Positions 54,620-64,000 of a DNA stretch of 64,000 nucleotides are shown here, piece after piece. This DNA comes from Epiperipatus broadwayi. Taxonomy: Eukaryota; Animalia; Onychophora. The notes beneath the pieces are model-generated. The model ran no database searches. It saw nothing but the letters and a program-made list of their open reading frames with translations, and was not told the origin of the DNA. The position numbers and the translations under genes were made by a program. Each line of letters opens with the position of its first letter. The first letter of the stretch is position 1. Location: positions 3,286,001-3,350,000 of the forward strand of contig JAQFVV010000002.1 of NCBI GenBank assembly GCA_028023455.1. Reading direction: 5' to 3'.

Positions 54620-55019
54620 GATAGTTTGTGAAGAAAAAAATGATAGAAAGAGAAAAATCAAGGAAGTTTGTTTTATTTTGCAAAATGAACAAGTATTGAA
54701 TCAGAAAGCTAATAACATTCCAAAAAATAAAAAATAAACGTTTTTTATTACAAATATTTAATGATAAAATGTTTTATATTGATAGTTCTGAATATGAAAA
54801 TAACAACTTGAAAGTATACCCCATTTCTAAAATATCCTATTACAGTATTTTTATAATCTCATATATAAAAAAACCTTTTTTATTTATTTACATGAACCCA
54901 TACATACTCCAATATATTATGCACATGTTTTCAACTTTTCAACTACCTCTTTGTGGTCATTATCAAGGATCTATAAATATATATTGTTATAAATATATAT
55001 GTTATAAATATTTTTAAGC

Positions 55020-55470
55020 TATAATAAAATTTCTTTAGCATCTATATATAACACTTTTCATTGTATAAATTTTACTGTTATAATTACTTACCTCCCCTAT
55101 TCTTTATTTTTTAAACCAATTTTTTTTTACATCTTACAAAAATGTACAAAATATTTACAAACCCAGAAATACCAACAATTTATTTATGTATTACTATTTA
55201 TATACCACTATAAACTAAAATCATTGTTTATTAATTTGTTTAAATAGAATAAATTATTAAACAATGATTAATTCTAAGTAATTTAAAGTGTATGTAAATA
55301 GTAGTAATACTTAAGAAATTGTTGGTATTGCTGGGTTTGTAAATGGTTTGTGTATTTGTGTACTATGTAATAAAAAATTGGTTTAAAAAATAGGGAGAGG
55401 TAAGTAATCGTAATAGTAAAATGTATATAATGAAAAGAGTTTTATATAGATACTAAAGAAATGTTATTAT
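55020..55470. repeat. Imperfect palindrome of about 450 bp
   Basis: ttacttacctcccctatt...tttacaaacccagaaataccaacaattt pairs with aaattgttggtattgctgggtttgtaaa...aatagggagaggtaagtaa. Confidence 0.85.
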
Positions 55471-55712
55471 ATTTCATTTCAACAAAAAATTTATTAGCAA
55501 TAAATAGTGATTACATTCTGATAAAAGAGCAATAAATAAATAAATTGTACAATAACATGATTATATTAATGTTATGAGAACGCAATTGTTATACACTTAT
55601 GTGGTTGAGTATAATGAAGAATTTTGTGTAGAATATGAGAAATTAAGAACTTGTTTAATGGTATTAGCATTTTTAATATAAACATGAATACTTTCTTTTA
55701 AAATTGCCTAAT

Positions 55713-56872
55713 CTAAAATACTGGGTTACTGGAGTCAAGGAGCTGACCAGGTTTCTTGATTTTTTTGAGCATTTGATAAAACAATGGTATGATTTGTGGC
55801 AGGGGTAATTCCATGAGAGTTTTGCATCTCACTATCCATATGGCATAGGGGTCAAAGATAGAAAGCCTTATTATTGCAAAAGATCCATTATGAATGGCAT
55901 TTTCAAATGAGAAAATCATGTCAGATCTTATGTTGGAGTTAATGATGACTATATCTTTCAGTGTTTTAACTCTTGGGCACCGGTGTATAATATGATCTAT
56001 GGTTTCTTCTTCACAAGAACACAGTCCACATATTGGATCAATGCTAGAAAAACTTCTTCGGTGATAAAGAAACCAATTTGTGGGAAGCACATTAAGATTA
56101 ATTTTAATGATGAAGTCAAGGAATTTGGGTTCCAGACTCCATCTTTTAAAATGTGTAATGAGGCTTTGGTTGGTCACATTTAGGGTAGTTTCAACGGGTT
56201 GTAGATTATAGTTGATTAGATTGTATGCTTCCTATAAGGTGATTTTTTAGTTAAGGTTAGAGGGCATCATCAGGTTATAAAGTTGTAGGTGTTCTACTAG
56301 TAATGCTATCCATGACCTGGAAAAGGGCGGAGCACAGTCAGTTGGTGTAATTTTTTTAATAATGTTGGAGTATCCACAGGAGAGTACAAGATTATGTAAA
56401 GTGTTGTGGGTTTTTTGTAAAATGATTGCCTGTATTGAGTGGAATGACAGTCCATTGAACCTGCATGGTCATTGGATACCTCACAAGATAATAGCAACTG
56501 TCCTTCCTCTCCAGAGAAGTTTGGTGCATAATCGGTTAATTTTGTTTGAAACTGTTTAGAAATTTTTATGAATGGAAGATAATATGAGATTTTTGGCATT
56601 ATGATCATGTTGAGGAGGCCAACCTTTCCATATAATGAAAGGTACACTCTAGAGAGTGAAGTGATGATGGCTTCGGTTGATTGGAGGATTGCATCTTGAA
56701 TCTCTCTTGCCATTGAAGTTGGAGGTTTGAAGATTGGAAAACCTAGATATCTTTGGGGTTTTGCAGAAAAGGGGGAGTTTATTTGTTTGAAAGACATTAT
56801 CTTCCAGATAGAAGATTTGTTAGAATTTATTTGTAGGCCAAGTTTCATTGTATTTCTGTTTAAGATGTTCAT
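55713..56872 (-). mobile_element. L1/Tx1-like non-LTR retrotransposon 3-prime remnant (RT thumb + zf-RVT)
   Basis: ORF 56306-56872 has QRYLGFPI and LSLYGKVGLLNMIIMPKISY. ORF 55713-56177 has KINLNVLPT, CGLCSCEEETIDHIIHRC and AIWIVRC. No PD..D restriction-like endonuclease motif was seen. Confidence 0.75.
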
Positions 56873-58119
56873 GAGATGGAGAAAGTAGAAATGTTATTAT
56901 ATTATGAGTTAAAAGCATATATTTATAACAATAAATATATATATATTCGTAGATCCTTGATTCTGGCAACAAGGAGACAGTAGAAATGTTAGAAACATGT
57001 GCACCATATACTGGACTATATATAAGTTCATGTAAATAAATAAAGAAGTTTTTAAAAATGAAAAAGAAGAAAGTAATTCTATTGGATTTTTTACATGTGA
57101 AAGATCATTTGAAGCCATATTTTTAAAGATAAAGGAGTTTATTATTATTACTTTTTTTATTAATAATGATGGTGATGGTTTTAAAAAAATGCATTGTTAA
57201 TATACATTAAAAGCTATAAGATAACATAACATGCATTTATTATAGCCTATTTTTACTTGCTTGACATTTTAATATAGTATTATTATATACACCTTTATCC
57301 TGGAATACTTTAGATTTTTATGCAAAGATTAATCAATTATTTTGATTTAGAATCAGTTATTTGCTCAACAATCTTTAAAATAATTTTGGAAAAAACATCT
57401 ACCATTTTTTTTATTTAATAATCATTTCATAAAATTAATGACATTATAGGATAATCACTTCTTTACAACTACATTATCTTAGGATAATATGTTAACATTC
57501 ATGCTAAAAATATACACTATAGAGTTTATTCATCATACAATATACAACATTATGTTTAATCATAGAATTAAAATACAATTAATATAATTATTCAATTTTT
57601 ATTCAGCATTCTTGCAAGACAACCAATGCTTTCATTTGTAATATATCCAATGCAGAGAAGAAATTCATCATTAACATCAACAGAATAAAATAATATGCCA
57701 ATTTCATTCAGTACAACACATAATCAAAAATATATTTTGACTATATACAGTAATAAAGTACATTAATTATAAATTTTAAATGTTCACATTGAATAAAATA
57801 TATTCACTCTAACAATTTTGGATTAAAATTTTTGTGAACATTATTTTGTCTGAAACTAAAAATGCAATCATTATGAGTGTAAAATATATTCATCATAATT
57901 GTAAGTAATTTTGAGGAAAAAAAAAGATTTGTGCATCATGCAGTTAATATTAAACTTGATATAATGAAAGGCGATTAAACATAAGTTAAAATATCAAAAG
58001 CAATAATGAATCCATATGACAAACAATATATCACTTGATCTTATCTTACACATTATTAATTTATTATCAGATTCTTCTACTTTCTCTATTTTTATGCCAT
58101 TCAATATAAGCTTTAGAAA

Positions 58120-58705
58120 TCAATAGATGTCAGATGATAGTGCATAATAAATTCTTATCCAGTGCTTTCTTACCTAAATATCTCTAGACTAATTTTTAGC
58201 TTATGACTGTCATCAGTGAGGTTTTTTTTTTATTTTTTGAACAGTGTACTTGCATCTTTTTTTGAATCGAATGCACTTTCCTTTTACCAGCCATTTTTAT
58301 TTTTTGCTACACTATCAAATCACATGATCACCATTTATAACTGGCTTGCAGTGAGTGGCAATATGTATAGAGAGTTTTGCTTGTTTTACTATAAAATCAC
58401 CAGTCCAAATAGAAAAACTTTTAATTTTTTTTCCATTTAAGGCTTATTTGCTTGCATGGTTATACAAATCTAAAACTGGCTCCATTTCTATATATTATGG
58501 TGATAAACAAGGCAAAACTCTCCATACAGTAGTGCCACCCTTTGCTAACCAGAGTAATCAATGGATGCCAGAAGGCTTGTGCATAAAATCCCTATCTAGT
58601 GCCTATTCATCCAATATCCCCAGACTAGTTTCTGGCTTGTGGCCTTCATCAGTGAGGAGTCTTGGATCTGAAAGCACTGCACCTAGATCTAGTGATCATG
58701 TGATG
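58120..58705. mobile_element. Family A cluster: old copy 58120-58222, micro-foldback 58319-58386, younger copy 58505-58705
   Basis: Colinear with the family A consensus. The 58505 copy has an intact HHR and ends in an inverted terminal segment, agtgatcatgtgatg. Confidence 0.85.
58617..58658 (-). ncRNA. Family A minimal hammerhead ribozyme, intact motif
   Basis: Minus strand TCCTCA CTGATGA A GGC CACAA GCC A GAA ACTAGT C TGGGGA. Stem I is 6 bp with one G-U pair, the cleavage triplet is GUC and stem III is palindromic. Confidence 0.8.
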
Positions 58706-59859
58706 TTTAATGTTTTATATTATGGTGACTTTTTGAACCATGCAATTGGACCTTTTGGAACTAATGCAGGTGAATAAGCTAGGATTAAATAAATTAAAAC
58801 ATTTTTTAAATTGGGCTAGTAGTTTGATTTTATAACAGAAAGAAAGAAATGGTTGCAAGAAAAAATGTGCATTAAATCCAAAAGATTCAAGTGCATGGTT
58901 TAAAAAATCCCAAAGCTTCTCACTTAAGAAAGCAATAAGCTAGAAATTAGATCTATAGATATTTCAATAGGACATCACTGGATAGAGATTTATTAAGCAC
59001 TTCCAGCTTGAAAATAATGGTCATTTTTATTGTAAACATAAAAGAATACAGTATTGACCCAAAAAAAGATTTGGTTATTTTTACAGTATTAAAATTACAA
59101 CAGTTAACTATAAACTACATTTCTATATCTAATTTGGATTTAATTTGTATTGTATTTATGCAACAGAAATAAATCCTCAAATTGTTCGTTTTTAAAAATA
59201 TATATACCTTTGATAGTAGAATATAAGATATACCAAAAAAATTTTTTTTTTAAATGTACATATATTTGTTTCTACGTGCCTTATTTTTACTCTAATGAAT
59301 CACGATTCGGGAAATATCATTATCTGGCTGGTAAGAAGAAAAATGGCAGACTTTCATTGAGGAAAGTATAACTTCTTTAAAAATATATATATAACAACAA
59401 AATATTTTTATATATTTTATATTTATCCACAGGTTAGTACCTTTTTTTTATTCATAATATGCTTAAGAAAATGTTCATTCATTAATTAACACTTTTTTCA
59501 ATTTCAAATATTACTTTTTTAATAAGGTTTTTATATGTTTTGAATTTAAGTAAAACATTAATTTTTTTTCCCATATGACTTATTATACATGTATAATTTT
59601 ATGCAAGATTTTTGATGTGTGAGACATTTTGGAAACCCAATTAAGCTCACTGTCTGGAGTAAAGGTACATTTTTATGCAAATAAAATTGCAAACAGTTTA
59701 CTACTTTTCAAAATTTTATTTTAATCTTTATAATACTCCAAATTATCAACAACTTTTATAAAATTTTAAATATTCAAAATGAAATTAATAGTGAGTTTAA
59801 TCTTTTGTAACTAATTTTATTAATATAATAGCAATTTTTTCCATACAATAGTGACACCT

Positions 59860-60010
59860 AGTGCAATCTATAAAAATCAATTTACACCACAACGTTGTGC
59901 ATTTAAATCTCTATCTACTGTCTACACATCAATATTCTTGGATTAGATTTTAGCTTATGGCTTTCAACATTGAGGAAATCTTGGATCTGAGAACAATACA
60001 TCTAGACCTT
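59860..60010 (-). mobile_element. Highly decayed family A copy
   Basis: ccatacaatagtgaca...ctctatctactgtctac...tagcttatggctttcaacattgaggaaatcttggatctgagaac aligns by eye to family A. Confidence 0.6.
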
Positions 60011-60524
60011 CTTTGAGTAGGCATTATATAAAGTTTTAGATGCAAAAACTTTCTAGTATTCACTGATTACTATAGACTGCACTAGATGTCATTATTTTAT
60101 GAAGAAATTTTCTATTATCTATTTTAATAGCTTGTGTAGGCATAAGAAATGATGGTTAAGTGATAGTTTAATGATTTAACTAACTTTATTGTATGAGCAC
60201 GCTAGTTCATTTAAATGAAAGATTCGATTTATTTAATTTTATACATTTTGAAATTAATTACATTCATGCTAATGATAGGAAATTGTTTTAAACTCATTTA
60301 AGATTAAAAATTACACTGAAAAAAATTATAAACCTTCATTTATTCCCATCATTAAATACATAAGAATTTTTTCATTAATAATGCATTAAGCATGGTTTAA
60401 TTCATAGTATTCAAAGAAATTGCCTTATTTGTTTAAACTCTAATATTAAATAAATGAAACATAATGAAGAATTTGATTGTGTTGCTTAAGATTTTTGTAA
60501 ACTTCTGACAAATGAAAGACAAAC

Positions 60525-60637
60525 TGTCAAGCATTGGTCGTCGAGAGGTCAGCGACAGCTGCTTTACAATACAAGCAGTTGTCCCGGGTTATTGGGTTTG
60601 CTTCCCGGCTGATGCTATGACACATGAGAAAAAAAAA
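60525..60637 (+). mobile_element. tRNA-derived SINE (family G), copy 3
   Basis: GCATTGGTCGTCGAGAGG...CCCGGGTT...GGGTTTGCTTCCCGGCTGATGC followed by an A tail. Confidence 0.8.
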
Positions 60638-61269
60638 GTGCAAGTTTAAAAATAATTTTTTTAAAACAAGGACTAATAATAAATTATGTATTTAAAATTA
60701 ACCTGATTTATTATTTCTATAGAATCTTTTGAATATAGTTGAATATTATATAGAATTAATAATTTTTTGAAACATTTAAAAATAATATATTTTATATTTA
60801 TACAAACGATCAGTCACATGATTATTTCTGTTGCTTTAGGAACTTTTTAAGATTTATTGTATTTGCAGGACAAAGGGCAGAATCAAATTTGTAATATTAT
60901 TATTTACATATAGTGTATATATTATTACTTATGCATGTGCGTGTACGCATTTAAACCAATGGATTAGATATAATCTAAAACAAGAAAGTACTCAGATATT
61001 TTCTAAATAAATTAGCAAATTATGAACTTATTTATATATGTGTAAAAAAATATTTAAATTTAAACTTAAAATTCTTTTTATGTGAGATAATATATAATTG
61101 AAAAAATATTAATATACAATAGCATCTTCATCAATTTTTCTCGTTTTATTTAGATTAGTTTTTAGTTAATAACATATTTTTTTAATTATTGTCAAGCTAC
61201 TATACAATAATTCGTTTGTTTATTCTAATATTTATTAACCAAACTTTTTTCTTTATATCATTTTTAATT

Positions 61270-62100
61270 ATTTTTATTGATTCATGTCATATGTAGTCAC
61301 ATATCCATGTCTCTGTAAAAATTTTACAATTTAGGCTAGATATTCAATTGTCTATTTTTAGTCACATTTTCTGTTAACATATCCAGCCTGGTTGATTTAG
61401 TTTATTAGTTTCCTTCATTATAACACTGCTTTTTTTATACTTTTATCCATATATTTCATTCATAATTTATTCTTTTTAATTCTAAAATATAATTCACCAT
61501 ACTTCACTGAATAGTTTACAACCTCTGTAATGTTATTAAATGGTTAAGTCTTATATCCATATGTAAAGATATTTGCACAAGTTTATTAAAATATTTTTCC
61601 ACTTGTATAGATATATTTTTAATTTTTATGTTATTTTTACTGAATATTATTATCTACCAAATACCAGTCTCGTACATCAAACCAGACTCGCCTTCAAGCC
61701 TTTCTGCCTCTTGCTCTCTAAATCACATAATAATTTTGCTTCTTAAGATTAGCAATCAAGGTCTTTTTTTTCTCGCCTTTTTTTATATCTTTAAATTTTT
61801 GTTCAATCATTAAATATATATAATAATTTCTCTTTCTCTAAATGCACTCTTAAACCAATTCATCTTCACAAACTTCTTTAAAACATTTTTTTCACTTTTC
61901 CAACTTTTATATTGCTAATCTTATGTCTGCAACTGACCATATATCTTTTCACAATCGAAACTAACCATTTTTTAGCTTTATATGAAGCTTCAATCAAACA
62001 ACCTTTTCTCTGAGTAATTATTGTGATCAAAACTCTCTTTAAACTAGAGTTTAATTTTGGTATTTCATGCGTAATAATTGAGATCTATTTTACCAATACT
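61270..62100 (-). mobile_element. RTE-like LINE RT fragment
   Basis: The minus strand has decayed equivalents of FVDFxKAYD and GLRQGDxLSP. Confidence 0.5.
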
Positions 62101-62523
62101 TTTGTTTTTTAAAAAATGTATTTTTAGAAAATTTATATTAAATCTGTTCTGAAATAAAAATGAAATATGAGAAATAATTTTTAAAAAAACAATTTCAATT
62201 TTAACAGATTTAAAATAAACATAGTCTGTTTTTGTGACTTTTGCTTTAAATAGTTAAGAATTAGAAAAAATAAAATGAACATATATTAATATTAATGTGT
62301 TTTGTTTAAAATATAATATTTCAATAGCAATTGTTAGCTATATTGAAGTTAAAAAATGTATTTATTTGTTTGTATCAAATAATAATAATAAAAAGTCAAC
62401 AGTTTAATAAATATCATTACAATTTTTTTTTCACTTAATATACACTTTTCATTTTTTTGGGGCCTTGAGTAGAAAAAATACAGAAAGAAGAAATAAAATA
62501 AACACATATAGTGTAAAATCATA

Positions 62524-62767
62524 ATCACATGATCACCATTTTGTATATGCTTGCTCATAACTGTTATTAAACAGGCAAAACTCTCCTCTAGGTGCAGTGC
62601 TCTCAGATTCAAGGCTCCTCACTGACGAAGGCCAAAAGCCAGAAACTAGTCTGGGGATATTAGATGGGTAGGCAATAGATAGAGATTTTATGCACAAGCC
62701 TTCTGGCATCCATTGATTACTCTGGCTTGCACTGAGTGACACTACTGTATGGAGAGTTTTGCCTGTT
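62524..62767. mobile_element. Family A inverted pair (62524-62586 minus-sense terminus; 62587-62767 plus-sense with HHR)
   Basis: aaacaggcaaaactctcc and ggagagttttgcctgtt face outward. The internal segment is colinear with family A. Confidence 0.9.
62616..62657 (+). ncRNA. Family A minimal hammerhead ribozyme, intact motif
   Basis: TCCTCA CTGACGA A GGC CAAAA GCC A GAA ACTAGT C TGGGGA. Predicted cleavage is after C62651. Confidence 0.8.
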
Positions 62768-63571
62768 GTAAAGTCATAATGTAACTGAAACTGTAACTTT
62801 TCCTAAGTCATGTAATGCTTATTAGAAGAACTCTCAACAAATTTCTTCTTAAATATAATTTTAATGAAATTATTACTCTAATTTTGTTATCACAACATTC
62901 ACCATTACATAGCTATATTTTCAAATATTAAAAGCATTTATATGCTTTATAACTTTCTGAACAATGCTTATTTTTAATCTTTTTTTTAATTTCCCTTTAT
63001 ACAAATTTTATACAAGCTTTATCAATTCTGCATATTATTGTATTAAATTCAGTCTTACTATGCGACCCATCTTTTTATGCAATTCACCTACCTATTATAA
63101 TTTTAATTTTATTATTATAAATACAATATTCATTTAACAACTTAAAATGTGTATAGAATTTATATATATATATTGCATCACTGTCTATATGTATATTTTC
63201 TATAAAAAAACAATTAGTTAAGTTTACCAATATTTTCTAATCCATATAAAAATTTAATAATAAATATAATTTTTCTCTAATAAATTTTTTTTTTTTTACT
63301 AAATCCAATAGTAAAAGCAATTAACAAAAGCCTTAAAATGAATATATGCCATATTTTCTGTATGTATTTCTCAGCAATAATTCTTGCAAGTCTAATTTGA
63401 ATTTGTATACTTTTATTTTATTAAATACAAATATATAATTTATAAGATATTTATTTATATATGTTCTGCAAGAATACATTAATTGGAAGTGAAAGTAAGC
63501 TAATTGTTCTAAAATATATTTTAATGAAATAAGCTTTTCTACTATACAATTATATGTTTTGTATAAAGAAA

Positions 63572-63710
63572 CATTTTGAATGCTTAGATCAGAAAAGCTA
63601 AATTTCTATTCAACCATTTTACTTGCTGAGCACGCTTTCAACCCTGGTCAGACTCATAGCAATCATAATTGTTTGAATAGAAATTTAGCTTTTCTGGTCT
63701 AAGTATTCAA
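63572..63710. repeat. Small foldback (arms of about 38 bp) enclosing an HHR-like remnant on the minus strand
   Basis: gaatgcttagatcagaaaagctaaatttctattcaa pairs with ttgaatagaaatttagcttttctggtctaagtattc. The minus-strand spacer reads TTGCT ATGA GTCTGACCAGGGTT GAA AGCGTGCT C AGCAA. Confidence 0.8.
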
Positions 63711-64000
63711 AATATTTATTTATACATTACAAATAGTATATGAAAAATGATAAACCCTTGAGAATTATATGTTTTGTAAAAAATCTGATGATCACCTTTC
63801 CAATTCACAATTACAAAAATTAATCAAATCTCTCAAAACATTTTCCTCTTAACTTTAACAATGCATTAATAAATTTGTTGCTTCTTTGCCTTTTATTTAC
63901 AATCAATTTATTAAAAAAAAATATTAACTTAAAAGTGAAGTTAAAAAAAAGAGAAGTTATAAATAAATATAATAAAAATAAGCTAAACGTTTTCGAGGAT

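Larger units (their letters stand above)
52400..54760. mobile_element. Penelope-like element PLE3 as inverted pair (about 52400-53000 minus; about 53950-54760 plus)
   Basis: The arms are diverged reverse complements: ORFs 52784+ and 54212- share FLVLIIYxKxxYISTxISFTET, and ttttgctcttctattt pairs with aaatagaagagcaaaa. The plus arm encodes a GIY-YIG remnant. Confidence 0.8.
54870..57060. repeat. Diverged inverted repeat, arms about 54870-55020 and 56905-57060
   Basis: ORFs 54769+ and 56909- share FIYMNxYIxQYxxHMFxTFxLxxCxxxQGSxNIY. Confidence 0.8.

Noticed and set aside
54785-54825. HHR after the PLE3 endonuclease (CTGAATA...GAAAGTATAC)
   Set aside because: The core is mutated and no stem I pairing was found.

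Overview
AT-rich, strongly CpG-depleted eukaryotic DNA, most likely animal. An insect with DNA methylation is my inference, not a demonstrated assignment. I could not confidently identify a host protein-coding gene, and most ORFs in the track are chance ORFs or antisense reads of repeats. The window is a transposon graveyard: one near-complete decayed hAT/Buster DNA transposon (5788-8631), a near full-length decayed RTE-type LINE (about 29500-32740) plus several RTE fragments, an L1/Tx1-like remnant (55713-56872), three short tRNA-derived SINE copies and two MITE-like elements. The dominant signal is a Penelope-like element (PLE) ecosystem. Three GIY-YIG endonuclease remnants each have an inverted partial duplicate. 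About five unrelated short families carry minimal type-I hammerhead ribozyme (HHR) motifs, each with its own palindromic stem III (ACTAGT, ATATATAT, ACGT, ACCATGGT, AGCGCGCT-like). Two of these non-coding HHR families clearly carry tRNA-like/Pol III A- and B-box modules, and a third may. Most copies are inserted as inverted tails-out foldbacks, and several foldbacks are nested inside one another. The best candidate for an undescribed system is a set of Pol III/tRNA-bearing, hammerhead-containing non-autonomous retroelements (SINE/retrozyme-like) that appear to be mobilised by Penelope machinery. All alignments and RNA folds were done by eye; no database search was run.
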